The notes beneath the pieces were generated by a model. That model was not told the origin of the DNA. It was given only the letters and a program-made list of their open reading frames with translations, and did no database searches. Of a stretch of DNA of 64,000 bases, positions 44,602 through 54,767 are shown piece by piece. The position numbers and the translations under genes were made by a program. Source of the DNA: Candidatus Microgenomates bacterium (lineage in GTDB: Bacteria; Patescibacteriota; Microgenomatia; UBA8517; JACQJR01); the NCBI GenBank assembly GCA_016204995.1, contig JACQJR010000001.1, forward strand, positions 92,548 through 156,547, read 5' to 3'. How positions within the stretch are numbered: the first letter of the stretch is position 1; each line of letters opens with the position of its first letter.

Positions 44602-45869
44602 AGTTTTTTTAGATAATGCCAAGTAAATATGCCAGTTACTACTAGGGTGGAAAGATTCCATAAACCAATTATCCAAACTGGACCATAAACTCCAAATTGA
44701 GGAATTAAATAAATATTACCTAATACAATCAAAGGTAGCTGACATAACGATAAAATAGTAATGATTTTTGGTTTACTAAAGGCATAAATTAAAATATTGA
44801 CTGTGGCGGTAGATAAAGCAAAAGGAATGTAGGCAACTAATAACCACTGCAAAACAGGAACTGCCGTAGCATATTTGTCACCGAATAAACTCATAACAGA
44901 CGGCGCTAGAAATACCCCCGTTAGTATTCCCAGAGCGATGATTATTGATAACCACAGGGTTTTCTTAAAAGATTCCTTCAACACCCCCCCCTGATAGCTG
45001 GCAAAGCCTGGCGCAATAACTGTGGCAAAACTACCCACCACAATTGGCACACCATTAGCTAGTTGTCTAGCGGCCGCAAATATACCAGTAGCTAATGGGT
45101 TTGACAAATGCAACAGCAGTAAAATGTCAATCCTGGAAGTTATTGCACTTACCATCCTGTTTACCGCTAGCCATGAGCTAAAAGGCACCACATCTTTAAC
45201 GATCTTTTGCCAACCTTTACTAACTTTTAAGGCTGGTTTATTAACAATCAGGGATAGAAAAAAAGCCGACAATGGACTTACGGCAAATACAGCCACTGTT
45301 GTTGATATAGACAAATAAGATTGACTCACGGCAATATAAACACCCAAGATTCTTAAAAGATTGGTTAAAGTAATAAATACAGCGGCTAGTCTCCAATCCT
45401 GTTTTGCTTCCAAACTGGTAATTTGAAAATCAATTAATAGTGAACCTGCTATACCAAAAGCTGCCCAGACGATTAACAAATTTTCATTAGTTTTAGTTAC
45501 TAGAGGGGCAAGCCATGGAGAAATAATAAACAATGAAACTAATAAAAAGATTGTTGCTATTAATCTTAAAGAAAAAATAATACCTAAAATTTCGCGGGCT
45601 TTTGACCCCTCGCCCTCACTCAAAGCACGAGACATAAAACGAAATAAACTAGCCCCCAAACCCAAATCTCCAAAAGCAACTAAAATAGTGATAAAACTGA
45701 TGACCGCTGCCACAATTCCCCAACTTTCCGGCCCTAAAAAGCGGGCTACTAGAATTGTAAAAATAATGCCAAAAATAGAAGCAAAAAGATTACCTAAAAA
45801 TATCAACGAGGTAACTTTGGTGGTTTTGGAAAATAATAATTGCCCAAATTTTTCTAAGGATTTCCACAT
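44598..45869 (-). CDS. wzx: Wzx-type oligosaccharide flippase (MOP superfamily polysaccharide biosynthesis protein)
   Basis: About 12 TM helices. N-terminus LIFLGNLFASIFGIIFTILVARFLGPESWGIV is typical of polysaccharide_biosynth/Wzx. Confidence 0.7.
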   Translation of the reverse strand: MWKSLEKFGQLLFSKTTKVTSLIFLGNLFASIFGIIFTILVARFLGPESWGIVAAVISFITILVAFGDLGLGASLFRFMSRALSEGEGSKAREILGIIFSLRLIATIFLLVSLFIISPWLAPLVTKTNENLLIVWAAFGIAGSLLIDFQITSLEAKQDWRLAAVFITLTNLLRILGVYIAVSQSYLSISTTVAVFAVSPLSAFFLSLIVNKPALKVSKGWQKIVKDVVPFSSWLAVNRMVSAITSRIDILLLLHLSNPLATGIFAAARQLANGVPIVVGSFATVIAPGFASYQGGVLKESFKKTLWLSIIIALGILTGVFLAPSVMSLFGDKYATAVPVLQWLLVAYIPFALSTATVNILIYAFSKPKIITILSLCQLPLIVLGNIYLIPQFGVYGPVWIIGLWNLSTLVVTGIFTWHYLKKL

Positions 45870-45879
45870 ACTTTACATT

Positions 45880-48453
45880 TTAGCTTTCCTCTTTTTTATC
45901 GTAAGGCAGTAAACAGATAATTACAAGTAAAAACAAAGTAGTCATGGAAATTTTCGCTCCCAGTTCTACTTTTTCTTGGTCAATAAACTTGAGATGAAAA
46001 TTGTCCTCTGCACCATTAATGTAAAAACCATTTATCATGGAATAAATAGGCCACGAAGATAATAAAGCTTTATCAGATACTAATTGCCATTGCGGGTGAT
46101 AAGAGTCAGTAAAAATTAGCCAGTGATTTGCCGGAAAATTTTTAATTTCATACTTAACAGAACTTACCATTTGATATTCGATGGGCAACCATTTTGAATT
46201 TGCTTTAGCTATCTCACCTAAATTTAAAGTGGTAAATTTATTCATTAATTGCTGGGTTATATTTTCTGCTTCTTCAAAATCCTTCTTAGGTACTAACGCT
46301 AGAATATTAAGCATCTCTAATTCTTGAGAGTTAATAAATTCTTTTTTTAGGTTTCCTTTTTTTAATGATGTTTCTTCCAGTATCTGCCACTTAAAATTAC
46401 CATTATTTGACATGGATCTTACAGCCAAAATATAATCACCATCCTTCGGCACTTTAATATCGAAATAAATTCTTTCACCTTTAACTGTAGAAAAAGCTAT
46501 GCCTTTGCCATAATTAAATTCATGTGTTTCCATACCATAAGTTAGGAGTTCATACTTCCATTTCAAATAGTCCTGGTTCTCCCTAATAGCCCACTCTGAT
46601 TTAGTGGCCGAGACAGGACTAATAAAATGCCTCTGCAATAAACTCATTGTTAAATCCAAAGGCTGCTTGTCATTGAAAACTAAATTTACCGATTTAGATG
46701 ACAGATTAAAATTAATTAAATTCTTCGGATCAAATTTACCATCTTCCACAAAAATAAATGCCTGATTGCCAACAGAAAAATTTATATTCTGTTTTTTGAT
46801 TTTTTCATAGATATCATCACTGCCGACAACTGCTATCAATTTGGGGACAGCAAAAATATGTGGCTTTGATTGGTTTAATTTAAAAAGTGGGATATTAGGT
46901 GAAATGTTTATTTTTTCCAATCCTTTAACATTCGCAGTTAGTTTTAGAAGATTTGACCAATCTTGTTTCTCGGCATCAGTTAGAGATTTTCTTTGTTCTC
47001 CGGAAAAAATTAAATAATGGATTCCCAAAAGATTAAACCAATCTAGAAATTGACTGTTATTTAGAAAGTTAAAGTGGTCAAAGGTACCTATATTTATACT
47101 AGCAAAGGGCCGATTATTTACTAAATCTTTTGCATCAAGTGCTGGCTTTTCTTCCATTTGGAAAACAAAAGGATGCCGTTCGGGAAACCAAATAGTCCGG
47201 TAAAACCCGGCTTCATTTTTTAATTGATTAACCAGTGTATAAAATTCTGCTGGAAATTCTTTATCTCCCAAAACTCCATTTAAGTTAGCCGTGAGAGCTG
47301 GATAAACTAAAAAAAGAAGATATAAATAAATTAATAAAATACTAATTCTGCCAAATACCATTTTAGAAAGTTTACTGGCGGCATTACCTAGTAAAATACC
47401 GGCAAAAATTAATAAAGGAGCAAAAAATTTAGTGGCATCACGCAGGGCTATTCCGAAAGGTAGATTAACTATTCTCAAATACCATTCCCCTAGTGGTTCG
47501 CCGCTACCCTTAGCTAAGAACGCGAATAATAAAAAACAAAGTGTGAGGGAGAATATCCTTTTAGTCTTAGTTAAGATAAATCCCGCAAAAATTAATAAGG
47601 GTAAGCCAATAAAGTAAAAAGGTGGTGGTGAAATTTTACCAAACTCATTGCTCGGAAAATGAGGTTGAAAAATTAATAGAGTATCCAGCAAAGAAATAAA
47701 GTTAGAATTTGATGGAATAGTTGGGATACTATTCAACAAGCCGCTTAAAGGAATTAGCCAATAGAGATTAATTAAAGCTGTAACTATTCCCGATAGGGAT
47801 ATGATCGCAAATATTTTCCAGTTAAATTTGCGATTAATTATTTGCTTAATTATCTTCCAAAAAGTAACTGTTAAAATAGCAATTAAGGCAATCCGTAAGT
47901 CACAAATAGTTAGAACTACTAAAGATAAAGTCGCAATTAAAAAATTAATTCTAGAAATTTTGCTTATTAGCTTATGAAGAAAAAATAACGACAATGGAAA
48001 CAAACCATAAGCCAAAGATACCCCTACTTGTCCTCCATCAATTAACAGTAGATTATAGGTATTTATTCCGTATAACAAGGATGAAAAAAATTGAATAACC
48101 GGGGAAAATTTTAAATAGCGAGTCAAAATAATTGGTCCAATAAAAGCCAGGATGACTGAAGGAAAATAAAATAAAATTCTTAAAATGAAATCATTTGATA
48201 AGCCAAAAGTATTATGCAAAAATCCATAAATAAACATTAAAGGATACAAAGATAAAAATAAATTTGGTCCGCCGAAATTATTACCACGTTCTACCCATAC
48301 ATAAAACTGTTGCTGTAATTCCTTAAGTCCATCACTGTAAAAAAATGGCGCATCTCCCCAAACTAAAGGACTATTAGTAAAAAATGAGCGGAAAACGAGT
48401 ATGGCAGGAATCATCAGGCCTATAAGAAAGAGAGTCTTTTCATTCAGCTTCAT
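45880..48453 (-). CDS. YfhO-like large GT-C membrane glycosyltransferase (hypothetical)
   Basis: 857 aa. N-terminal multi-TM domain (VWGDAPFFYSDGLKELQQQFYVW...GGPNL) and a C-terminal extracytoplasmic domain. Architecture is like the YfhO family. Confidence 0.45.
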   Translation of the reverse strand: MKLNEKTLFLIGLMIPAILVFRSFFTNSPLVWGDAPFFYSDGLKELQQQFYVWVERGNNFGGPNLFLSLYPLMFIYGFLHNTFGLSNDFILRILFYFPSVILAFIGPIILTRYLKFSPVIQFFSSLLYGINTYNLLLIDGGQVGVSLAYGLFPLSLFFLHKLISKISRINFLIATLSLVVLTICDLRIALIAILTVTFWKIIKQIINRKFNWKIFAIISLSGIVTALINLYWLIPLSGLLNSIPTIPSNSNFISLLDTLLIFQPHFPSNEFGKISPPPFYFIGLPLLIFAGFILTKTKRIFSLTLCFLLFAFLAKGSGEPLGEWYLRIVNLPFGIALRDATKFFAPLLIFAGILLGNAASKLSKMVFGRISILLIYLYLLFLVYPALTANLNGVLGDKEFPAEFYTLVNQLKNEAGFYRTIWFPERHPFVFQMEEKPALDAKDLVNNRPFASINIGTFDHFNFLNNSQFLDWFNLLGIHYLIFSGEQRKSLTDAEKQDWSNLLKLTANVKGLEKINISPNIPLFKLNQSKPHIFAVPKLIAVVGSDDIYEKIKKQNINFSVGNQAFIFVEDGKFDPKNLINFNLSSKSVNLVFNDKQPLDLTMSLLQRHFISPVSATKSEWAIRENQDYLKWKYELLTYGMETHEFNYGKGIAFSTVKGERIYFDIKVPKDGDYILAVRSMSNNGNFKWQILEETSLKKGNLKKEFINSQELEMLNILALVPKKDFEEAENITQQLMNKFTTLNLGEIAKANSKWLPIEYQMVSSVKYEIKNFPANHWLIFTDSYHPQWQLVSDKALLSSWPIYSMINGFYINGAEDNFHLKFIDQEKVELGAKISMTTLFLLVIICLLPYDKKEES

Positions 48454-48619
48454 AATTTAATCCAATTAATAAGATAACGCCTAGGAAAATGAAATAAAAA
48501 TAATTAACCAATTTATTAGCTAACCCAAAGTGATTAGTATAAATTAGAGCAGCCAACAAAAAGAATCCTCCTAGCACTAACAATTTTAGAAACATCACGT
48601 AATTATATCAAAGCGAAGA

Positions 48620-49153
48620 TTAAGGAGCGGTATTAAGTCTTTCAATATCTTGCTTAACGTAGTTAACATCATCCTCTACAAATCTCCATTCTGCTGTAGT
48701 AGGGTGATAAGTATCTCTCAAGGCGTTTAATAGTAAAATGTGTTTTCCGAGGTCTTCTTTAAGCTCTTGATACTTTCCAGAAATTTTATTAGAAACAGCA
48801 AGATCAGTTAATTTGCCGGCCGTTGTAAAGTATCGTTGGGTAGCTTTTTCAAAAAAACCCATTTGTTTATTGTCAATGATATATTTTAATTCCGCCATTC
48901 GGACGTCAGTTTCCTTTTTCAATTGCTTAAACTTTTGATCCGAGGAAAAAGCAAAGAAAAGAGCGATTTTTTCTTTTAATCTTTTTAAGATATACTGGGT
49001 ACCATTATCTGGATTAACAGTTTCATAAGAAATAGCGGGCATGGGGACAGGGGTTGGAGTAGGGGCAGGGGACATTTTCGCCATTATCTCTCCTACACTT
49101 AAAATTCCCAAAGATAGCACTAAAAAGAAAGTAATAGTAACTTTTCTAATCAT
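48620..49153 (-). CDS. Hypothetical secreted protein
   Basis: Signal peptide/anchor (ITFFLVLSLGILSVGEIMA), PTPTPVP linker, helical C-terminal domain. Confidence 0.4.
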   Translation of the reverse strand: MIRKVTITFFLVLSLGILSVGEIMAKMSPAPTPTPVPMPAISYETVNPDNGTQYILKRLKEKIALFFAFSSDQKFKQLKKETDVRMAELKYIIDNKQMGFFEKATQRYFTTAGKLTDLAVSNKISGKYQELKEDLGKHILLLNALRDTYHPTTAEWRFVEDDVNYVKQDIERLNTAP

Positions 49154-49172
49154 GGCTTAATATTAAATTAAC

Positions 49173-51125
49173 ATGAAGCGCTTTTCTAGTCAATGGCCGA
49201 TTATAATTCTAATAATCACTACTCTTGTGATCTATTTACCAATTTTGATAAATCCTCATATTTTACTTAACAGGAATAATGATTTACAAGAATTTTTCTT
49301 CCCATTATTTGATTTTTCCAAAAGGCAAATTTTGGATACTCATACTCTACCTTTATGGAATAATATGTTTTTTTCCGGTAGTCCTCTCCTATCCGATCCC
49401 CAATCGCCAATTTTTTATCCACCCAATTTAATCTTTCTTTTTTTACCCTTAAATGTTGCTTTTATATTTTCTTTACTAATTCACTCTTTATTTATGGTTA
49501 TAACAATGTACTGGTTAACTCGTTATGGACTAAAAATGTCAAATCTAGCTAGCACTGTTTCCGCCCTTATTTATCTTACATCACCTCGCTTGGCTGGTTA
49601 TTTGGAAGCTGGACATTTTGGTTTAGCAGCCACTCTGGCCTGGCTACCATTAGCAATACTTACTGTTATTAAATTAAGTCGGAATCCAAAACTGATTTGG
49701 TCTATAATTTTTTCTTTCAGTTTAGCTGGCATTTTTTATACTCACACCGTCACTTTTATTCTCGCATCAATTAGCGCTTTTTTATTTTTTATAATCTGTT
49801 TATTTTATCAAAAAAATCCAAAACATTTACAGAAAAAAATTACCTTCTTTACTATTGGTGCAATATTAACTTTAGGCCTTACTGCTATTGCCTTATTTCC
49901 CCAATTAGAGTGGACTCCTACTACCACCCGCTTCCTGCTTCTCCAAGATGAAGATGTTTACCCCAAATGGGCTTCCTTTAAAGAATCTCTAACAGTTACT
50001 TTTGCACCCTGGTTAGGATATAAAAATAATATTTGGGGGTTTGATTCAGAAAAATGGTTAACGGTTGGTTTATTACCAACCATCTTAGGACTAATTGGAT
50101 TTTGGTCATTAAAGAATAAAGTAAAATTTTCTATTATTGCCCTCATATTAGTTGTTTTATTTATATCTTTGAATAATTTATCCCCTTTTCATAATTTTTT
50201 ATTATCTCAAGATTGGTATGTTCTAATGAGGGTGTCTACGCGAATTTGGTTTATATTACAAATTTTAGTTGCAATTTTAGTAGGCATTGGGGTTGAAAAA
50301 ATGATTAAATCAAAAGGTAAAAATATTTTTCCTTTTTTGATAATTTTAATGACATTGGCAGAATTAATTTTTATTAATTGGACAAGAATAAATAAGCCTA
50401 TCTCCCCACCAGAAATAGTTGTACCAGAGGAAGTATATAACTTTCTCGCAAATGACCTAGGTTATTTTAGAGTATTTTGTGTTACTAGATGTCTTTCGCA
50501 GAAATTGGTAGCCCAATATAAGTTGGAAACCGTTGAAGGATATGGTACTCTCCAGCAGAAAAATTATTTCAATCAATTTATTCAACTATCGCAGCAATAT
50601 TGGAATCACTACACTTTAGCTCTACCACCATTTGAAATTTATAAATTTAGCGAGATTCAACCATACGCCCCAGAATTGGCTGATTACAATGTTAAGTATG
50701 TTATCTCTCCTTATAAGTTAACCGATAAAAGATTGGTTCTAGAAAAACAGTTTGGTAATTATTCTATTTATATAAATTCTATTAATAAAACCAGAGCCTA
50801 TTACTCTAATGATAAAGAGGCATCAATTCTCTATTATTCGCCAAATAAAATAATTATTAATACTTCATTACATCAAACCGATCAGGTAATCTTGGCTGAA
50901 GTTTATAATTCCGGCTGGCAAGCAAAACTGAATGGTAAAGATTATACACCAATTAACGAAACTAAAAATGCTCTTCGCCAAATAACAATTAAGCCAGACA
51001 CCCAATTTGTAGAATTTAGCTATCAACCAAAAAGCTATTTTATTGGTAGAATTATCACCCTAGCTACTTTGTTAATTATTATTTTGTTATTTTTCAAGGG
51101 AAGGAAAAATAAAAATGTCTTTTAA
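49173..51125 (+). CDS. YfhO-family GT-C membrane glycosyltransferase
   Basis: HTLPLWNNMFFSGSPLLSDPQSPIFYPPNL matches the YfhO hallmark (PLWNP..GTP...FYP). Multi-TM plus a C-terminal beta-rich domain. Confidence 0.55.
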   Translation: MKRFSSQWPIIILIITTLVIYLPILINPHILLNRNNDLQEFFFPLFDFSKRQILDTHTLPLWNNMFFSGSPLLSDPQSPIFYPPNLIFLFLPLNVAFIFSLLIHSLFMVITMYWLTRYGLKMSNLASTVSALIYLTSPRLAGYLEAGHFGLAATLAWLPLAILTVIKLSRNPKLIWSIIFSFSLAGIFYTHTVTFILASISAFLFFIICLFYQKNPKHLQKKITFFTIGAILTLGLTAIALFPQLEWTPTTTRFLLLQDEDVYPKWASFKESLTVTFAPWLGYKNNIWGFDSEKWLTVGLLPTILGLIGFWSLKNKVKFSIIALILVVLFISLNNLSPFHNFLLSQDWYVLMRVSTRIWFILQILVAILVGIGVEKMIKSKGKNIFPFLIILMTLAELIFINWTRINKPISPPEIVVPEEVYNFLANDLGYFRVFCVTRCLSQKLVAQYKLETVEGYGTLQQKNYFNQFIQLSQQYWNHYTLALPPFEIYKFSEIQPYAPELADYNVKYVISPYKLTDKRLVLEKQFGNYSIYINSINKTRAYYSNDKEASILYYSPNKIIINTSLHQTDQVILAEVYNSGWQAKLNGKDYTPINETKNALRQITIKPDTQFVEFSYQPKSYFIGRIITLATLLIIILLFFKGRKNKNVF

Positions 51126-52695
51126 TAAAAACGCATTTATTATTACCCTCATCGTTATTTCGTCTTTTATTTTAAAACTTATAATTTTACTTAATTCTTC
51201 CTTTACTTTTAATTCTGATGATGCAATTTACGCAGAAATTGCTAGATTTTGGACCCAAGGTAAACTTAATTTAATTTTCCACCCTACCTGGCAACCACTT
51301 TTTCCTGCTTTATCTACTTTATTCTACTTACTAACTAATAATTGGGAAGTATCGCTAAGGCTTGTCTCCAGCGTAGCTGGTTCTTTACTAATTATTCCTC
51401 TATTTTTATTAATTAAAAAAACTATCTCAAATCTGCACGCAACATTATTTGCTATTTATTTCTTTTTCTTTACACCTATTATTGAAGCCTCAATTACTCC
51501 ACTTTCTGACATGTTATCAACCACCCTGATTGTTTCATCTATTATTGCTATTTTCTTAGGACTCTATCAAAAAAATCATAAATTATTTTTATTGGGAACA
51601 TTTTTTAATGGATTAACTTTTTTAACCCGTTCGGAAGGCGTCATGTTTTTCGGATTAACTTTTATTTATCTCTCGCTTTATTTTCTTATTCAATTAATCA
51701 AAAAACGTATTTTAATTAAAAGCGCTTTAGCTAATTTAATATTATTTGTTGCTATATTTTTATTAACTATCCTCCCCTACGCCATCACTACTGGAATTCA
51801 AATGGGTCAGTGGACATTATCGCAAAAGTTTTCGGCTCAAATCCAACAAGAACATGCTTTTAAGCTTAATTCCCGAGGCACTACCTGGTCGCAAGAAATC
51901 GTCTCTGTTAAATCTCCCAATTACCATTCTGATTATTTTAAAAATGGGCTACAATACGTTGCCAAAAACATTTTTTGGCTGACTGAATGGTATGGACAAA
52001 AATTAGCAGGGTGGAAAACAGTTTTGCTAAATAATTTGCCAGCCTGGGGGCTAATTTTTATAGTACTAGGAACTTTTTATTTAATTAAAAGGTCCGGAAT
52101 ATGGGCTAGTGGTTATATTTTGTTTATCTTACTGACTGCTGTTTTCCTATCTATCTTTTCCACACCTATTTGGGACATTCGTTATCTACTCTGGACGCTT
52201 CCTATTCTTATTTTTCTTTTTTATTACGGGTTTTATGCTACAACCAGCGTGATTTTTAAATCTAAAATTAATTTTATTTTCCCTCTTATTGTCTTATTTT
52301 TATTACCATCTTTTTCACCTAAATATTTAATTAACCCGCAAGAAGTTGCAACCAATTTTACCAGGAAATATTATAAAGAAGAAATTAAAGAGGCTGGAAT
52401 ATGGATTAAAGAAAATAACCAACACTCTAACCCCAAAATTGTCATGCGACATGAAGGAGTAGAATTTTATGCTGATGGCACCACAATTTATTTACCACAA
52501 AATTTATCTTACCAAGAATCAATTAATTACGCTAAGAAAAATAAAGCTGATTTTATCATTATTTGGCCGGATGAATTGAATAGTAAAGATGGTTTATTTG
52601 TTCTGACAGATCATAGAATCAATGGTTTTGGTTTAAAAAAAGTTTATCAATATCCATTTAATGACCCCAAAATTATAATTTATAAATTAATTTAA
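51115..52695 (+). CDS. GT-C-type integral-membrane glycosyltransferase (ArnT/PMT_2-like)
   Basis: LLNSSFTFNSDDAIYAEIARFW acidic first-loop motif. About 13 TM helices and a C-terminal soluble domain. Confidence 0.6.
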   Translation: MSFNKNAFIITLIVISSFILKLIILLNSSFTFNSDDAIYAEIARFWTQGKLNLIFHPTWQPLFPALSTLFYLLTNNWEVSLRLVSSVAGSLLIIPLFLLIKKTISNLHATLFAIYFFFFTPIIEASITPLSDMLSTTLIVSSIIAIFLGLYQKNHKLFLLGTFFNGLTFLTRSEGVMFFGLTFIYLSLYFLIQLIKKRILIKSALANLILFVAIFLLTILPYAITTGIQMGQWTLSQKFSAQIQQEHAFKLNSRGTTWSQEIVSVKSPNYHSDYFKNGLQYVAKNIFWLTEWYGQKLAGWKTVLLNNLPAWGLIFIVLGTFYLIKRSGIWASGYILFILLTAVFLSIFSTPIWDIRYLLWTLPILIFLFYYGFYATTSVIFKSKINFIFPLIVLFLLPSFSPKYLINPQEVATNFTRKYYKEEIKEAGIWIKENNQHSNPKIVMRHEGVEFYADGTTIYLPQNLSYQESINYAKKNKADFIIIWPDELNSKDGLFVLTDHRINGFGLKKVYQYPFNDPKIIIYKLI

Positions 52696-53042
52696 GCTCT
52701 TTTGCTGCGTTTAAGTAAATTAGTAATAGCATCTTTTCTAATTAATTGAGTTAGTTTTTGATTGACTTCTTCTAGAGCGGAAAAAAGCTTAAAAATCAGA
52801 TAAAAAATAATAATCACTGACAGATAAAGCCCCAAGTCAACTCCCCTGCTGACACCAAAAAAATGGGCGATATTGGAAAGAAGCTGCTGCTGATAGATAA
52901 AAAATAATAATACCAGCCAAAATAACAGCCATAAAAACGTAAATACTTTTGTCAGTTTACCTTTTCGGTAAGTCGCGAAAGTCCGATGAATTATGAAAAC
53001 AATGATGGCGGTGAGAATAATCTGGGCTGATTGCATAATCAA
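52692..53042 (-). CDS. Small 3-4 TM membrane protein, DUF2304-like, partner of the upstream polyprenyl-P-sugar synthase
   Basis: 116 aa. Translationally coupled to the GT2 (4-nt overlap), resembling DUF2304 proteins that accompany GtrB/DPM1-like GT2 enzymes. Confidence 0.45.
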   Translation of the reverse strand: MIMQSAQIILTAIIVFIIHRTFATYRKGKLTKVFTFLWLLFWLVLLFFIYQQQLLSNIAHFFGVSRGVDLGLYLSVIIIFYLIFKLFSALEEVNQKLTQLIRKDAITNLLKRSKRA

Positions 53043-53704
53043 GATAGTTTTTTAGTAATTAAATCAAAAAATAATTTAAAAGCATTAATATTTCTTAATC
53101 CCTTGTTAAAAGTATTCTTATTATAAATAACCGTTACCGGTACTTCAACAAATTTTAATTTATGTAGTTGAATTTGATCTATAATCTCTGCGGCATGAGC
53201 CATTCTGTTTTGGGTAAGATTAATCTTATGAATAGCCCCACTACTAAATGCTCTAAAACCATTAAAGGTATCAGTTAATTTAATACCATAAAAAATATTA
53301 GTAAATATTATCCCTAATCTCAAAGTCATCCTTCTTGATAATGGCATATCAACCGTGCCCCCTAAAAAACGAGAACCTAATACCGCGTCAATCCTGCCTT
53401 CCAGAATCGGTTTTATCACTCGGGGTATTTCCGAGGCTTTAAATTGACCATCGGCATCAAAAGTGATCACGATATCAGCGTTAATTTTTTTGGCGTAATC
53501 AAATCCAGTCTGCAGAGCCGCACCCTGACCCAAATTGAATCTATGAGTTAAAACAATTGCTTTGCGATTTTTGACTTGTTGAGCGGTTTTATCGCAAGAC
53601 CCATCATCCACTACGATAATTTTATCAACATATTTCGCTGCATCGCGAATAACTTTCCATATTCTTTTTTCTTCATTAAAAGCAGGAATCACTGCTGCCA
53701 CCAT
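53039..53704 (-). CDS. Polyprenyl-phosphate sugar synthase (GT2, DPM1/GtrB-like, soluble short form)
   Basis: AAVIPAFNEEKRIWKVI...IIVVDDGSCDKT...TFDADGQ. 221 aa with no TM helices. Confidence 0.8.
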   Translation of the reverse strand: MVAAVIPAFNEEKRIWKVIRDAAKYVDKIIVVDDGSCDKTAQQVKNRKAIVLTHRFNLGQGAALQTGFDYAKKINADIVITFDADGQFKASEIPRVIKPILEGRIDAVLGSRFLGGTVDMPLSRRMTLRLGIIFTNIFYGIKLTDTFNGFRAFSSGAIHKINLTQNRMAHAAEIIDQIQLHKLKFVEVPVTVIYNKNTFNKGLRNINAFKLFFDLITKKLS

Positions 53705-53705
53705 G

Positions 53706-54716
53706 TTAATGATTCCATCCCTGCGGATGTAGATTATACCATTTGACCAAAGAACTAACCGAGTCCTTTATTGTTCTCTTCGGTTGCCAATCTAAAATTT
53801 TTTTGGCTTTCTTGATGGAGGCCACCATCTTGGCTACTTCGCCGACCCTCGGAGCGCTACTTTTTAAATCAAAATCTTTTTTGGTAGCTTTTTTAACTGC
53901 TTTAATTATCTCTAAAACAGAATAGCCTCTGCCTGTTCCCAAATTAATAATTTCGCTACTTCCCCTTTTTAATAAATAATTGGCCGCTTTGAGATGGGCC
54001 AAACTTAAATCTACCACATTAATAAAATCACGAATGGGAGTATGATCTCGCGTCTTAACCTGCTGACAAGTTAAAAAGAACTGTTCCAGTCCTAAAACAC
54101 CCATTACTGCGTTATGCACCAGACGAACATGGGGTTTTTGGGAATCACCAATTAATCCATCATCACTGGCGCCGCAAACGTTGAAATAGCGTAGAACAAC
54201 ATATTTTAAATCAAACAATTTACCATACCAACTAATTATTTGTTCTGCCATCAATTTTGATTGACCATAAGGGTTATCAGGAATGGTGGGATGTTTTTCG
54301 TCTACCGGCACGTAAAGAGCCTTGCCGTAAACGGCACAAGTGGAAGAAAAAATAATTTTGCGGACATTATATTTAATCATAGTTGACAATAAGTTCAGAG
54401 AACCATAAGTATTATTAGAAAAATATTTTTGTGGATCTTTCATTGATTCATCGACTTCGCAAACTCCGGCAAAGTGGACTACTAAATCAATCTCTTCTTG
54501 CTTAAAAACACTATCTAAATTATCTCTAATATCAGCTTTGTAATAGCGAAGTTTCTTAGCGGTAAATTTTTCTTGCAACAGTTTTAATGGCTCTTTAAAT
54601 CCTTTGGAAAAATTATCTATTACCACTACCTCATAATTATTTTGTAAAAAAATAGAAGTTGCCACCGATCCGATAAAGCCGCCGCCGCCGGTAATGAGAA
54701 TTTTCCTTTTTGCCAT
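53706..54716 (-). CDS. galE: UDP-glucose/UDP-galactose 4-epimerase (NAD-dependent SDR)
   Basis: KILITGGGGFIGS Rossmann motif and YGQSKLMAE catalytic YxxxK; 336 aa. Confidence 0.88.
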   Translation of the reverse strand: MAKRKILITGGGGFIGSVATSIFLQNNYEVVVIDNFSKGFKEPLKLLQEKFTAKKLRYYKADIRDNLDSVFKQEEIDLVVHFAGVCEVDESMKDPQKYFSNNTYGSLNLLSTMIKYNVRKIIFSSTCAVYGKALYVPVDEKHPTIPDNPYGQSKLMAEQIISWYGKLFDLKYVVLRYFNVCGASDDGLIGDSQKPHVRLVHNAVMGVLGLEQFFLTCQQVKTRDHTPIRDFINVVDLSLAHLKAANYLLKRGSSEIINLGTGRGYSVLEIIKAVKKATKKDFDLKSSAPRVGEVAKMVASIKKAKKILDWQPKRTIKDSVSSLVKWYNLHPQGWNH

Positions 54717-54767
54717 AAATCACTTTTAAGCATTATATATGATAATATCTAAAATGTAATTATTAAA

